From Alphaproteobacteria bacterium (GTDB lineage: Bacteria; Pseudomonadota; Alphaproteobacteria; SHVV01), in assembly GCA_965261735.1 (NCBI GenBank), contig OZ253470.1, positions 2,400,001 to 2,464,000 on the forward strand: DNA of 64,000 nt. The letters are read 5' to 3'. The position numbers and the translations under genes are program-made. Positions 39,390 through 52,554 of the stretch are shown here, piece by piece; the first letter of the stretch is position 1, and each line of letters begins with the position of its first letter. Under the pieces are notes generated by a model. It did not search any database. It saw only the letters and a program-made list of their open reading frames with translations, and was not told the origin of the DNA.

Positions 39390-40373
39390 GTGGAACTGAC
39401 CCTCGATAGGCGGCTGAGCATCGGCCTCCAGGGCATCCACGGGCGCCCCGAATCGACGGCCGGCGAATGGCGTCCGGAGGCGGAGAAGGGCCGAGAGCTG
39501 GTCGAGCGCATCGAGCGGTTGGGCTTCGATTCGATCTGGGTCGGCGATCACGTGGCATTCGCCGTGCCCATCCTCGATCCTCTGATCCAGCTCGCGCAGG
39601 CGGCGGCCTACAGCAAGCGGCTGACGATCGGTACCTGTATCTACCTGCTGCCCCTGCGGCATCCCGGACCGGTAGCGAAACAGGTCGCCTCGCTCGACCT
39701 CTTGTCGGGCGGGCGCATGGTCTTCGGCGTCGGCGCCGGCGGCGAGTTTCAGTCTGACTTCGACGCGTCCGGCATCGCCATGAAGGAGCGCGGCGGCCGC
39801 CTCGGCGAGTCGATCGAGGTCCTGCGCAAGCTGTGGTCCGGCGAGACGGTCTCGCACCACGGGCGCTACTTCGCGTTTGAGGACATTCGGCTGCTGCCGG
39901 CGCCGCTTCAGGCCGGTGGACCACCGATCTGGTGTGGCGGGCGATCGCAGGCGGCGCTCGAGCGTACGGGCCGCATGGCCGATGGTTGGGTCTCCTACGT
40001 GGTCACGGCCGAGCGCTACGCGCAATCCCTTTCGGTGATCGATGGCGCGTACGCGCAAGCCGGGCGAGGCCTGGACCGGTTCGCCACCGGGCACCTGCTG
40101 TTCGCGCGGCTCGACAAGGACTATGAGCGAGCCCTCGACACCGCGTCGGCGCTGCTGAGTGCGCGCTACGCCATGGACTTCCGCCCGGCGGCGGAAAAAT
40201 ATTGTGCGCTCGGCACCGGCGAGGACGTGGCCGCCGCTATCGCGCGCTTTTACGAGGCCGGCGTGCGGTGCCTCGTCGTCGATCTCATCGGGCCGCACGA
40301 GGAAAGGCTCGAGCACATCGACGCCTTCGCCAGCGAGGTGCTGCCCAAACTGGCGAGCTACCGTGAGTCGTGA
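39390..40373 (+). CDS. LLM-class flavin-dependent oxidoreductase
   Basis: GFDSIWVGDH, LPLRHP, SLDLLSGGR, PPIWCGG; GAGG RBS. Confidence 0.9.
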   Translation: MELTLDRRLSIGLQGIHGRPESTAGEWRPEAEKGRELVERIERLGFDSIWVGDHVAFAVPILDPLIQLAQAAAYSKRLTIGTCIYLLPLRHPGPVAKQVASLDLLSGGRMVFGVGAGGEFQSDFDASGIAMKERGGRLGESIEVLRKLWSGETVSHHGRYFAFEDIRLLPAPLQAGGPPIWCGGRSQAALERTGRMADGWVSYVVTAERYAQSLSVIDGAYAQAGRGLDRFATGHLLFARLDKDYERALDTASALLSARYAMDFRPAAEKYCALGTGEDVAAAIARFYEAGVRCLVVDLIGPHEERLEHIDAFASEVLPKLASYRES

Positions 40374-40506
40374 TTTCCGCCGCCAGACTACGGCTGCAGC
40401 GCGCCGCTCCGGTCCCACTCGCCGCGATCGGTTAACCGGATGCTAAGGGCGGGGTGACTAGGCTTCGCCCCACCAGGCCGTGATCGCCACATCGAAAGTC
40501 GAACCA

Positions 40507-42444
<1,938 letters not shown>

Positions 42445-42473
42445 GCCTGGGGCCGCACAAGCGGTCGCGGGGC

Positions 42474-43025
42474 TCAGTCGCTGGGTAACGGAAATTCGTC
42501 AAGCAAGGCGCGATAGTCGTCCTCGACCTCGACCCGCATCGCCGCGAGCAGGCGTGCCGTCCCGTTGTAGACCGTAATCGTGAAGATCAGCTCGACAAGG
42601 CGCTCGCTGTCGAGCGCCTCGCGAAGTGCGTCAAAGGTCTCGTCGGTCAGTCTCGCTTCGAGCGTGATCTCGCGCGCCGCCCGCAGCACCGCGCTCGCCA
42701 GCGGGTCTAGGCTGCTCGGCCGGCCGGCCGACTCTTCGTAGAGCGCCCCGATGTCGCCGTCGGATACGCCGAATTCGCGTCCGATCTTCAAGTGATGCGC
42801 GAACTCATAAGCCGATCGCGTCGAGAAGCCGACCTGAAGGATGGCGAGCTCGCGCAGCCTCGGGTCGAGCTTGCTGCGGTGGCGGATATGCATCGCCGTC
42901 GCCTGGGCGCAGCGCGCGGTGCCGGGGCTGTGCGCGAGCAGCCGAACGAGGTTGATGTTGCGCTCGAGCAGGTCTCTGTCCTGCGGCGCGAGGTCGGATT
43001 CGTCGAGATAGGGCAGACGCGCCAT
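42474..43025 (-). CDS. Carboxymuconolactone decarboxylase/AhpD-like protein
   Basis: MARLPYL, LAHSP, LDPRLRELAIL, YEFAHH. Confidence 0.8.
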   Translation of the reverse strand: MARLPYLDESDLAPQDRDLLERNINLVRLLAHSPGTARCAQATAMHIRHRSKLDPRLRELAILQVGFSTRSAYEFAHHLKIGREFGVSDGDIGALYEESAGRPSSLDPLASAVLRAAREITLEARLTDETFDALREALDSERLVELIFTITVYNGTARLLAAMRVEVEDDYRALLDEFPLPSD

Positions 43026-43059
43026 CGCCGGGGTCCGCCGGTTGCTCGCGCCGCGCCGC

Positions 43060-43998
43060 TCAGCCCCCGAGCTCCACGCCGATTCCGGCGAAAAGCTCGA
43101 GGTGCCGCTCATGGTCGCCGATGAAGCGGAGCACGAAGTGGCCGACGCCAGCGCGCGCGTAGGCGGCCATCACCGTCCGGGCGCCCGCAAGCGGGCCCGC
43201 GTAACAGGCTTGGCCCACGCGGCCCACTCCCGACAGTGAGCCGTAGTATTGTGCCATGTAGGCGTCCATCCGCCCTTCGGCGCGTTCGACATCGTCGTCG
43301 ATGGCGAGTGTGAGGTAGGTCGCCCCGGTGAGCTTGTCGGGATCGCGCCCCGCATCGCGGGCCGACGCCTTCATCTGCGCCCAGGTCGCAGCGAACGCGT
43401 CAGGATCCGGCCCGTTCGGCAACCAGCCATCGAAATGACGGCCGACACGCTCGATCGTCGCCGGCACCGACCCTCCGATCCACAACGGCGGGCCGCCTGG
43501 ACGATGCGGCGTCGGGCCCATCGTCGCCGCCTCCAATGGCCAGCGCCCGTCCCAGTCGACGGGTTCGCCGCCCCATAAGGCGCGGCACAGGCGCAGGCCC
43601 TCGAGTAGGCGCCCGATGCGCTTGTCGAAGGGCACGCCGGCGGCCGCGAAGTCGGCGCGAATCATCGGCGCGTCGGAGGCGATGCCGATGCCGAGGACGA
43701 CGCGCCCCTCCGAGATCTGGTCGAGCGTCGCGATCTGGTGCGCGAGCACGACGGGATTACGCAGCGCCGCGAGCAGCACCGCGGTGCCGAGCTCGACCCG
43801 GCGCGTGAGGCCGGCGACTGCGGCGAGGAGGGTGATGGGCTCGTGGCGCGGCAGGGCGAGCAGCGAATCACCGACCCAGAGCGAATCGTAGCCCAGCGTT
43901 TCCGCCCTCTCGGCCAGCGCCAACAGCGGTCTTGCCGCAGGACGGCCCTCCATGACGGCCTCTCGCGTCGGTAGCAGGTATCCAATCCGTGGCGCCAT
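43060..43998 (-). CDS. LLM-class flavin-dependent oxidoreductase
   Basis: GYDSLWVGDS, LGTAVLL..LRNP, TLDQISEGR, GGPPLWIGG. Confidence 0.9.
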   Translation of the reverse strand: MAPRIGYLLPTREAVMEGRPAARPLLALAERAETLGYDSLWVGDSLLALPRHEPITLLAAVAGLTRRVELGTAVLLAALRNPVVLAHQIATLDQISEGRVVLGIGIASDAPMIRADFAAAGVPFDKRIGRLLEGLRLCRALWGGEPVDWDGRWPLEAATMGPTPHRPGGPPLWIGGSVPATIERVGRHFDGWLPNGPDPDAFAATWAQMKASARDAGRDPDKLTGATYLTLAIDDDVERAEGRMDAYMAQYYGSLSGVGRVGQACYAGPLAGARTVMAAYARAGVGHFVLRFIGDHERHLELFAGIGVELGG

Positions 43999-44317
43999 GG
44001 CGGTCCCTCGCTTCGTCCTCTGGTGCCCGGGCCGTCACGACGGCTCACGCTCCGACTCCGGCCATTCACCAAGCGACAACGAATCTACGTCGGAGCGATA
44101 AGAAGCGGCATCGCTCGGTGCAAGCGGAACGATAATCCTCGAATCGGGGCTCGAAAAGAGTCGAAGTGCCCGAAAATACTCGACGCGAGTCAGACTCGAT
44201 TGGGGGAGGTCTCTACGCCACCGAACGTCGAAACCCAAGGTGGCGCGGGGGCCACTTCTTCCGCGCGATGGTTCGCCGCTCCCGAAGACCCGAGAAGCGC
44301 TCTAGCAGACTTCCGCG

Positions 44318-44611
44318 CTAGTCACGGGATGCCCGCTCAACAACAACGCGACCCCGGCCGCGCCTCACCAGGTAGCCGCCACGAGGGATCTTAAGGCTGC
44401 TTTTTTGCACCAACGGATACAGGGTTTCCGCAATCGTGATGGCATCCTTGTCAACCGCGCTAGCTGCCGCTTCGGGTTGCGCCGTCAGCCATTTCGAGAA
44501 CGCCTCCGTTCCCAATTCCGTCCCTATGGATTTTCGAAGCGCATTAAGCTTTCGAAGCTGTCCTTTGGTAAGGCCCTTTTCGCTCAACGCCTGAGCCGCT
44601 TTCTTTGCCAT
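44318..44611 (-). CDS. Small basic hypothetical protein (lower GC)
   Basis: K/R-rich ORF LTKGQLRKLNALRKSIG...RRGRGRVVV with AAAGGAAA RBS. Confidence 0.75.
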   Translation of the reverse strand: MAKKAAQALSEKGLTKGQLRKLNALRKSIGTELGTEAFSKWLTAQPEAAASAVDKDAITIAETLYPLVQKSSLKIPRGGYLVRRGRGRVVVERASRD

Positions 44612-44723
44612 GGCTTTTCCTTTTTTCAAACATTCCCCACACGCCAGCGGTTTAGATAATTCAATTCTTGCGAACTGTGAAGCGGTCTTTCTTCAAACAT
44701 TAACTTCTTTTTTCCACGCTCGT

Positions 44724-45359
44724 TCAGACCTCGACACCGCCCGTTGATTCGTGATGACCCTGTACCGACGCGGCAGCGTTCGCGTACTCCGCGCTCGCAT
44801 CGAGGAGCCAGGCCGCCAGATGGCGCGCAAAGGAGCAGCGCACGTAGAGGCGATAAGTGGGCGCGTCGGCGGTCTGCTGGAGGATGATTTGCGCGTGGGC
44901 CACCAGAGTCTGCGCGCATCGGCCGGCGGTAAACGCGCGCGGATGTAGGTCGAGGCTGCAGCCCTTGGCGAGCACGGCCCGTATTCGCGCCCCGCCGGTT
45001 TCGATGATCGTGCGGTTGGCCGAGACGTCGACGATGGAGGCGTGGCGCCCTTCGAGGGCGGTGCACAGGTCGGCTTCGAGCGCAGCCTGCTCGCCGTCGG
45101 CGCCGACGATGAGCCACTCATCGGGGCCCAACCATAGGACGCCGCGCGCGCCCGTCGAGACGACCGTATTGGGCCGCTGCGGCGGCGCAACTCCGACGAC
45201 GCTCGCGACCGCATCGCGGAAGCCCGCATCGCCGGCGTCGCCGCGCAGGTTGATCTGGGCCCGGAAAGAGATTTCGCGCAAGGTGACGGCGTTGCCGGAG
45301 GCGCCGGCCAAGGCGTCGTGGAGGGGCGCGAGCGGGCTACGCCTAACCGGCTCAGCCAT
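44724..45359 (-). CDS. soxG: Sarcosine oxidase gamma subunit
   Basis: QINLRG, WLGPDEWL, LAKGC.LDLHP, SFA..L..WL; last gene of soxBDAG. Confidence 0.9.
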   Translation of the reverse strand: MAEPVRRSPLAPLHDALAGASGNAVTLREISFRAQINLRGDAGDAGFRDAVASVVGVAPPQRPNTVVSTGARGVLWLGPDEWLIVGADGEQAALEADLCTALEGRHASIVDVSANRTIIETGGARIRAVLAKGCSLDLHPRAFTAGRCAQTLVAHAQIILQQTADAPTYRLYVRCSFARHLAAWLLDASAEYANAAASVQGHHESTGGVEV

Positions 45360-48300
45360 CGCGCCGCGCTCCGTCGGGATCGTAAAACACCGGCGAGCGA
45401 ATCGTAGCCGCGACGAAGCGCCCGCTGACCGAGGCATGCAGCGTCTCGCCCATGCGCTCCGCGCCCGCCTTGACGAGCGCGAGAGCGATCGAGCGCCCGA
45501 GCGTGGCGCTGTCGTAGCTCGAGCTCACGTGCCCCTCCATGGGCACCGGCCGGCCGAGCGCCCGCGCGGTCTCGAGGTTGCTCGCGGCGATCAGCTGCGC
45601 GCCCTCGGGCAGCACCTGCGCCGGATCTTCGGTCTCCAGGCCGACCAGCTGTTTGCGCCCGGCGCGCGCCGTATCCGGGCGGGCGAGCGAGCGCCGGCCG
45701 ATAAAGTCCTTCTTCTTGGAGACCGCCCACCCCATCCCGAGATCGAGTGGCGTCACGGTGCCGTCGGTGTCCTGGCCGACGATGGGGAAGCCCTTCTCGG
45801 CGCGCAGCACGTGCATCGTTTCCGTACCGTAGGGCGTGATGGCGAAGGCCTCGCCCGCCGCCATCACCGCCCGCCAGACGTGAAGACCATGGTCCCAGGG
45901 AACGTTGATCTCGTAGGACAGTTCGCCCGAGAAGCTGATGCGACAGATCCTGGCCGCGACGCCGGCAACCTCGTGATCGCGCACGGACATGAAGGGAAAT
46001 CTCTCCCTATCGAGCGCAAGGCCGGGCGCCAACGGCGCCAGCACCTCTCGCACGTGCGGCCCGGCAATGGCGATCGTCGCCCACTGTTCGGTCACCGAGG
46101 TGCAATACACCTCGAGCTCGGGCCATTCGGTCTGCAGCCATTCCTCCAACCATTCCAGCACGAGCGCCGCGTTGCCGGTGGTCGTGGTCATCAGAAAGCG
46201 GTTCTCGGCGAGGCGGGTCGTCGTCCCGTCGTCGAACACCATGCCGTCCTCGCCGCACATGAACCCGTAGCGGATGCGCCCGACGGCGAGCGTGGTCCAA
46301 GTGTTGGTGTAGATGCGGTTGAGGAACTCGGCCGCGTCGCGCCCCTGAATGTCGATCTTGCCCAGGGTCGAGGCATCGAGCACGCCGACGCCGGTGCGCG
46401 CGGCAAGGCACTCGCGGTGCAGCGCGGCGCGCATGTCCTCGCCGGGCCGCGGGTAGAACCAGGGGCGCTTCCACTGGCCCACATCCTCGAACTCCGCGCC
46501 CTTCTCGACGTGCCAGTCGTGCATCGGGGTGATGCGGGCAGGGTCGGACAGCGCACCGATGTCGCGCCCCGCTAGCGCCCCGAACGTGACCGGGGTGTAA
46601 GGCGGGCGAAAAGTCGTGGTCCCGACCTCGGCGATCGGACGTGCGCTCGCCTCGGCGACGATGCCGAGCGCATTGATGTTTGCCGTCTTACCCTGATCGG
46701 TTCCGAACCCGGTGAGCGTGTAGCGCTTGACGTGCTCGATCGAGGCGAAGCCCTCGCGCACGGCAAGTCGCAGGTCGGCGGCGGTGGTGTCGTTCTGGAA
46801 ATCGACGAACTGCTTGGCTCGCGCCGCGGGCCAAGCCGGCACCTGCCACAGGGCTCTAATCGGGCCGTGCCGCGGCTCCTCGATCTCGGGCGCAGCGGGC
46901 GCCTCGGCCGGCCCAAACCCGGCGCGCGAGGCCGCGTCGGCGCCCGCCGCGGCGCCGCTCCGCAGGCTCTCGGCGAGGCCGGTGCAACCGGCCAGCGCAC
47001 CCGCGCACTCCTGCGCCCGCCCAGGCGCCGCCGGCCCAAACCCGGCGCGCGCTTCGTCGAACGCGAGTTTGCCCTGGGATTGGCCGAAAAGGTGGACCGC
47101 CGGCGACCAGCCGCCCGACACGGCCATGAGATCGCAGGTGATGTCGCGCTTGTCGCCGTTCAGCTGGCCGTCAGCGCCGAGCCGGGCCACGGATACGGAA
47201 CGGACGCGTTTGGTTCCGCGCGCCGCGACGACGACATGGCCGGCCAACACCTCGATCCCCCGGGCGCGCGCCGCCACCGGGAGATCGGCGTCCGGGTGCT
47301 CGCGGGCATCGACGACGGCCGCCACCTCGGCGCCCGCATCGCTTAGAGCGAGAGCCGTTTCGTAGGCGCTGTCGTTGGTGGTGAACACGACGGCGCGGCG
47401 CCCGGGCAGCGCGCCATAGCGCCTGACGTAGGTCAGTACCGCGCCCGCCAGCATGATACCCGGGCGGTCGTTGTCCGTGAACACCAGCGGTCTTTCGTGC
47501 GCCCCGGTGGCGAGCACGACCTCGCGGGCGCGGATCTGCCACAACCGCTGGCGCGCTGCGTGCGGTCCGCCTTCGCCGTGGTCGGAGCGCCGTTCGAGGG
47601 CGCAGACGAAGTTGTCGTCGTAGTAGCCGAACGCCGTCGTGCGCGCGAGCACGGTGACCTCGGGCATGGCCGCGAGTTGCGCCGCCGCTGCGTCGGCCCA
47701 TTCGGCCGCTGGTAGGCCGTCCACGCTCGCCCCCGAATCGAGGAGGAAACCGCCGGGCTCCGGCTGCTCGTCGACCAGGATCACCCGCGCGCCCGTCGCG
47801 GCCGCCGCACCGGCTGCCGCCAAGCCCGCTGCGCCCGCGCCGACGACGAGGACGTCGCAGTGGGCATACATCTGATCGTAGCGGTCGGGATCGGCGAGGG
47901 TCGGCGCGCGGCCGAGCCCCGCCGCCTTGCGGATCAAGGGCTCGTAGAGGCGCTGCCATAGGTGCCCCGGCGCCATGAAGGTCTTGTAGTAGAAGCCGGC
48001 GACGAGCAGGCCCGACAATAGGCTGGTCGCCGCCAGCGCATCGAACGCGAGGCTCGGCCAGCGATTGACGCTGAGCGCGCGCAAGCCGTCATAGAGCTCG
48101 ACCTCGGTCGCGCGCGCGTTGGGTTCAACACGTCCGCCCGCGCCCACTTGCACGATGGCGTTGGGTTCCTCGACTCCGGCGGCGAGGATGCCGCGCGGGC
48201 GATGGTACTTGATGCTGCGCCCCACCAGGTGGACGCCGTTGGCGATGAGAGCCGAAGCCAGCGTATCGCCCGCGAAGCCCGTGTAGGTGCGGCCGTCGAA

Positions 48301-48381
48301 CGTGAAGTTGAGCGGCCGGCTGCGGTCGATGCGGCCGCCCTGCGCGAGACGGTAGGGCTGGCCGGGCACGACCGTGTTCAT
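45352..48381 (-). CDS. soxA: Sarcosine oxidase alpha subunit
   Basis: GDTLASAL, KYHRPRG, AGFYYKTF, KRYT..G.GTDQGK, TTFRPPY, GcvT-like C-terminus. Confidence 0.95.
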   Translation of the reverse strand: MNTVVPGQPYRLAQGGRIDRSRPLNFTFDGRTYTGFAGDTLASALIANGVHLVGRSIKYHRPRGILAAGVEEPNAIVQVGAGGRVEPNARATEVELYDGLRALSVNRWPSLAFDALAATSLLSGLLVAGFYYKTFMAPGHLWQRLYEPLIRKAAGLGRAPTLADPDRYDQMYAHCDVLVVGAGAAGLAAAGAAAATGARVILVDEQPEPGGFLLDSGASVDGLPAAEWADAAAAQLAAMPEVTVLARTTAFGYYDDNFVCALERRSDHGEGGPHAARQRLWQIRAREVVLATGAHERPLVFTDNDRPGIMLAGAVLTYVRRYGALPGRRAVVFTTNDSAYETALALSDAGAEVAAVVDAREHPDADLPVAARARGIEVLAGHVVVAARGTKRVRSVSVARLGADGQLNGDKRDITCDLMAVSGGWSPAVHLFGQSQGKLAFDEARAGFGPAAPGRAQECAGALAGCTGLAESLRSGAAAGADAASRAGFGPAEAPAAPEIEEPRHGPIRALWQVPAWPAARAKQFVDFQNDTTAADLRLAVREGFASIEHVKRYTLTGFGTDQGKTANINALGIVAEASARPIAEVGTTTFRPPYTPVTFGALAGRDIGALSDPARITPMHDWHVEKGAEFEDVGQWKRPWFYPRPGEDMRAALHRECLAARTGVGVLDASTLGKIDIQGRDAAEFLNRIYTNTWTTLAVGRIRYGFMCGEDGMVFDDGTTTRLAENRFLMTTTTGNAALVLEWLEEWLQTEWPELEVYCTSVTEQWATIAIAGPHVREVLAPLAPGLALDRERFPFMSVRDHEVAGVAARICRISFSGELSYEINVPWDHGLHVWRAVMAAGEAFAITPYGTETMHVLRAEKGFPIVGQDTDGTVTPLDLGMGWAVSKKKDFIGRRSLARPDTARAGRKQLVGLETEDPAQVLPEGAQLIAASNLETARALGRPVPMEGHVSSSYDSATLGRSIALALVKAGAERMGETLHASVSGRFVAATIRSPVFYDPDGARRDG

Positions 48382-48662
48382 GGATCGGTGAGCGGCGGCC
48401 CGGGCGCGCCGATCTCGTACACAGCCTTGATCTCGTGGGTGGCGGTATCGCGGACGACGTTGAACCAGCGCCGGCAGCCATGGACGTGAACCCAGCGCTC
48501 GGCGTGCAGGCCCCTGGGGTTCTTGCGCATGAACACGTAGTCGGCCCACTCGGCGTCGCTTTGCGCATCCACATCGCGTGGCCGCGCGATGTGCGCCTCA
48601 CCGCCATAGCGAAACTCGATCTCGTCACGAGGACCGCAATAGGGACAGGCGATCAGCAGCAT
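48378..48662 (-). CDS. soxD: Sarcosine oxidase delta subunit
   Basis: MLLIACPYCGPR.E.EF, HVHGCRRWFN. Confidence 0.95.
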   Translation of the reverse strand: MLLIACPYCGPRDEIEFRYGGEAHIARPRDVDAQSDAEWADYVFMRKNPRGLHAERWVHVHGCRRWFNVVRDTATHEIKAVYEIGAPGPPLTDP

Positions 48663-48672
48663 AACGCGCCGC

Positions 48673-49923
48673 TTAGTGGGCGACGGCGGCGGCGCCGTGC
48701 TCGTCGATGAGGGCGCCCGTGGTGAAGCGATCGAGCGTGAACGGCGCGTTGATCGGGTGCGGCGCGTCGCGGGCGATGGTGTGGGCGAAGGCCCAACCTG
48801 ACCCCGGTGTCGCCTTGAAGCCGCCGGTCCCCCAGCCGCAGTTGAGGTACAGCCCGGCCACAGGCGTCTTGCCGAGAATGGGCGAGGCATCGGGGCAGAC
48901 ATCGACGATGCCGCCCCAGGCGCGCATCATTTTCAGGCGGCTGAAGGTCGGGAACAGCTCCAGGAGCGCCCCCATCTGCCCCTTGATGGTTGGGAGGCTT
49001 CCGCGCTGGGCGTAGGAATTGTAGCTGTCGATGCCGGCGCCGATGACGAGTTCGCCCTTGTCCGACTGGCTGACGTAGACGTGCACCGCGTTCGACATGA
49101 CCACGCAATCGAGTACCGGCTTGATGGGCTCCGACACCAGCGCCTGCAAGGGGTGGCTCTCGATCGGCAGGCGCACATCGGCCATCGCCGCGAGCACCGA
49201 GCTGTGCCCGGCGGCGACGAGGCCGATCTTGCCGGCGGCGATGGGGCCGCGCGTCGTCTCGACCCCGCTCACGCGGTCGCCGCCGCGGCGAATAGCGGTG
49301 ACCTCGCAGTTCTCGATGATGTCGACGCCGCGCGCGTCGGCGGCGCGGGCATAGCCCCAGGCGAGGGCATCGTGGCGGGCGACGCCGCCGCGCCGCTGCA
49401 ACGTGGCGCCCATCACCGGATAGCGGGCATCGGCCGCGATGTTGAGTAACGGGCAGAAGTCCTTGACCCCACCCGGCGTGAGCCACTCGGCATCGACGCC
49501 GTTTAGGCGGTTGGCGTTGACGCGCCGCCGCCCCTCGCGGATGTCGCCGAGGCTGTGGGCGAGGTTGAGCACGCCGCGCTGGCTCAGCATGACGTTGTAG
49601 TTGAGGTCCCGCGACAGGCCTTCCCACAGCTTCAGCGAATGCTCGTAGATGGCAGCGCTCTCGTCCCACAGGTAGTTGGAGCGGATGATGGTCGTGTTGC
49701 GCGCGACGTTGCCGCCGCCGAGCCATCCCTTCTCGAGCACCGCGACGTTGGTGAGGCCGTGCTCCTTGGCCAGGTAGTAGGCGGTCGCGAGGCCGTGACC
49801 GCCGCCACCGACGATGACGACATCGTAGACCGCTTGCGGCTCGGGACTTCGCCACTGGCGCGGCCAGCCGCGGTGACCGGCGAGCGCTTGGCGCGCCAGG
49901 GACAGGATGGAGTGGCGCTTCAT
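48673..49923 (-). CDS. soxB: Sarcosine oxidase beta subunit
   Basis: [43 protein letters not shown]. Confidence 0.95.
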   Translation of the reverse strand: MKRHSILSLARQALAGHRGWPRQWRSPEPQAVYDVVIVGGGGHGLATAYYLAKEHGLTNVAVLEKGWLGGGNVARNTTIIRSNYLWDESAAIYEHSLKLWEGLSRDLNYNVMLSQRGVLNLAHSLGDIREGRRRVNANRLNGVDAEWLTPGGVKDFCPLLNIAADARYPVMGATLQRRGGVARHDALAWGYARAADARGVDIIENCEVTAIRRGGDRVSGVETTRGPIAAGKIGLVAAGHSSVLAAMADVRLPIESHPLQALVSEPIKPVLDCVVMSNAVHVYVSQSDKGELVIGAGIDSYNSYAQRGSLPTIKGQMGALLELFPTFSRLKMMRAWGGIVDVCPDASPILGKTPVAGLYLNCGWGTGGFKATPGSGWAFAHTIARDAPHPINAPFTLDRFTTGALIDEHGAAAVAH

Positions 49924-49924
49924 G

Positions 49925-52366
49925 TCAGTCGGAGACGTCGCGCAGGCGGCGGTTGTCAGGGTCCCACGGCGATTCGGGGACGACCGCCGCCGGCCGCCGA
50001 TCGCCGAGAATCTCGATCTCAACGGCGGTGCCGGGTGCGGCGTGCGGGCTCGCGATATAGCCGAGCCCCAGGCTCTTCTCGAGGCAGTGGCCGTAGGCCC
50101 CCGCGGTCAGGCGGCCGACCATGTGCCCGTCATGATAGATCGGCTCGTTGCCGAGCGCATCGGCATCGCCGGCGTCGACCTCGATGGTGACGAAGCGCCG
50201 CAGCACCCCCCGCTCTTGCTGGCGCAGCAGGGCCTCGCGGCCGATGAAGTCCGGCTTGTTGAGGTTGACGAAGCGGTCGAACGAGGCCTCGAAGGCGGTG
50301 TATTCGGTCGTCAGGTCCTGACCCCACATGCGGTAGGACTTCTCGATCCGGAGCGAGTCCATGGCCCGCATGCCGCACATGCCGATACCGAACTCCGCGC
50401 CCGCATCGACCAGGGCGTCGAACAGGGCACGCTGGTATTCGATGGGGTGGTGGAGCTCCCATCCCAGCTCGCCGACGAAATTGATCCGCAACGCCCGCAC
50501 CGGCGCCATCCCGATCTGGATGTGCCGGCCCGAGAGCCAGGGGAACGCCGCGTTCGACAGGTCGGCATCGGTGAGCTGGGCGAGAACGTCGCGCGCGCGC
50601 GGGCCGACCAGCACTAGGACGCCGTGGCTGGTGGTCAGGTTGTCGATGCGGACGCCGTCACCGTCGGGCAGGTGGCGGCGCAGGTGGTCGCCATCGTGCC
50701 GTTCGGCCGCACCCGAGCTGATCAAGTAGAAGCGGTCGGGCGCATCGCGCATGATGGTGAACTCCGAGCGCACGCCGCCCGCGGGCGTGAGCGCGTGAGA
50801 CAGGTTGACCCGCCCCACCTTTTTCGGCAGCGAGCGCGCCACCAAATGATCGAGATAGGCCTCGGCGCCGGGCCCGGAAACCTCGAACTTGGAAAAGCTG
50901 GTGATGTCGATGATCGCCGCCTTTTCGCGCGCCAGTCGGCATTCGGCGCCGACGTGAGGAAAATAGTTGGAGCGGCGAAAGCTCCACACGTCCTTGCCTT
51001 CGACGCCCTCGGGCGCGAACCAGTTGGGCCGCTCCCAGCCGTAGCGTTGGCCCCACACGGCGCCGCGCGCCGCGAGCTTGTCGTGGATGGGGCTCGTTTT
51101 GGCGGGCCGGGCGGCTGGGCGTTCCTCGTCCGGGTAGTGGATGATGAAGACGTGCTCGTAGGCCTCGACGTCCTTGGCCACCGCATAGGCCTTGCTGGCG
51201 TAAGCGCCGAAGCGGCGCGGGTCGACATCGAGCATGTCGATGCCGGCGTCGCCCTCGACGATCCACTCGGCGAGCTGCCAGCCGGCGCCGCCGGCCGCGG
51301 TAATGCCGAAGCTGTGGCCCTCGTTGAACCAAAAGTTCCTGAGGCCCCAGGCCGGCCCGACCATGGGGCTGCCGTCGGGGGTGTAACAGATCGGGCCGTT
51401 GATCACCTCCTTGACGCCGACCTCGCCGAAGATCGGCACCCGGCGGATGGCCGCGTTGATATGCGGCTCGAGGCGATCGAGGTCGCCTGGCAGCAACTCC
51501 TGGCCGAAGCCCTCGGGCACGCCGTCCACGGCCCAGGTGCGGGCGCCCTTTTCGTACGGACCCAGGATCAGGCCCTGGCGCTCCTCGCGCATGTAGTAGG
51601 ACTCGTCGCTCTCGCGCAGGACGGCGAGCTCGGGCAGCCCCTGCTCGTGCCGTTCGATCAGCGCGGCGTGGGGCTCGCTGACGATGTATTGGTGCTCGAC
51701 CGGGATCACCGGAATGTCGAGGCCTACCATCGCCGCCGTCGCGCGGGCGTAGAACCCCGAGGCGGCGACGACGTGCTCGCAGGCGATGTCTCCCTGGTCG
51801 GTATTGACCGACCACTCGCCGCTCCGTGTTCGCGTAATCCCGCTGACCTCGGTGTCGCGGTAGATCTCGGCACCGCCGTTGCGGGCGCCGGTGGCCATGG
51901 CTTGCGTAACGTCGGCCGGCGCGATGTGGCCGTCGTCGGGGTGGTAGAGCGCGCCGACCAATCCATCCGTGTCGCACAGCGGCCAAAGCTCCCTGATCTC
52001 GTCCGGCGTGATGATCTCGAAGGGCACGCCGATCGTATTCGCGGTACCGCAATACTTATGGTACTCGTCCATGCGCTCGTTGTTGGTTGCGAGGCGCAGG
52101 TTGCCGGTGACGTGGAAGCTCACATCCTGGCCGGTCTCCGCCTCCAGTTTCTTGTAGAGGTCGACGGAATATTTGTGCAGCTGGCCCACGCTGTAGCTCA
52201 TGTTGAACAGCGGCAGGAGGCCGGCGGCATGCCAGGTCGAGCCCGCCGTGAGCTCCGCACGCTCGCACAGCACGACGTCGGACCAGCCCTTCTTCGTGAG
52301 GTGATAAAGGGTACTCACGCCGACGACACCGCCGCCAACCACGACGACACGCGCGTGTTCCTTCAT
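49925..52366 (-). CDS. Dimethylglycine/sarcosine dehydrogenase (FAD + GcvT domains)
   Basis: [43 protein letters not shown]. Confidence 0.9.
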   Translation of the reverse strand: MKEHARVVVVGGGVVGVSTLYHLTKKGWSDVVLCERAELTAGSTWHAAGLLPLFNMSYSVGQLHKYSVDLYKKLEAETGQDVSFHVTGNLRLATNNERMDEYHKYCGTANTIGVPFEIITPDEIRELWPLCDTDGLVGALYHPDDGHIAPADVTQAMATGARNGGAEIYRDTEVSGITRTRSGEWSVNTDQGDIACEHVVAASGFYARATAAMVGLDIPVIPVEHQYIVSEPHAALIERHEQGLPELAVLRESDESYYMREERQGLILGPYEKGARTWAVDGVPEGFGQELLPGDLDRLEPHINAAIRRVPIFGEVGVKEVINGPICYTPDGSPMVGPAWGLRNFWFNEGHSFGITAAGGAGWQLAEWIVEGDAGIDMLDVDPRRFGAYASKAYAVAKDVEAYEHVFIIHYPDEERPAARPAKTSPIHDKLAARGAVWGQRYGWERPNWFAPEGVEGKDVWSFRRSNYFPHVGAECRLAREKAAIIDITSFSKFEVSGPGAEAYLDHLVARSLPKKVGRVNLSHALTPAGGVRSEFTIMRDAPDRFYLISSGAAERHDGDHLRRHLPDGDGVRIDNLTTSHGVLVLVGPRARDVLAQLTDADLSNAAFPWLSGRHIQIGMAPVRALRINFVGELGWELHHPIEYQRALFDALVDAGAEFGIGMCGMRAMDSLRIEKSYRMWGQDLTTEYTAFEASFDRFVNLNKPDFIGREALLRQQERGVLRRFVTIEVDAGDADALGNEPIYHDGHMVGRLTAGAYGHCLEKSLGLGYIASPHAAPGTAVEIEILGDRRPAAVVPESPWDPDNRRLRDVSD

Positions 52367-52554
52367 CCTCCCCCTCCTCGAGCCGCCGACCGGATTGTAG
52401 CCGTCACACCTGTTCGAAGCGGCACATTTATCAGTGTGATTCGAACCCCTCGGGTAGGAGAAGAAATGATACGCGCGACGCGCCGGAGGCGACAAGAGGT
52501 GCGCGAGATGCGCATACAGGTGGGACGACCGCCACCGGCCAGGGTGGGCCGAAA

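Noticed and set aside
40432-40446. CtrA box-like TTAA-N7-CTAA upstream of the histidine kinase
   Set aside because: One mismatch and a single occurrence; cannot be distinguished from chance.
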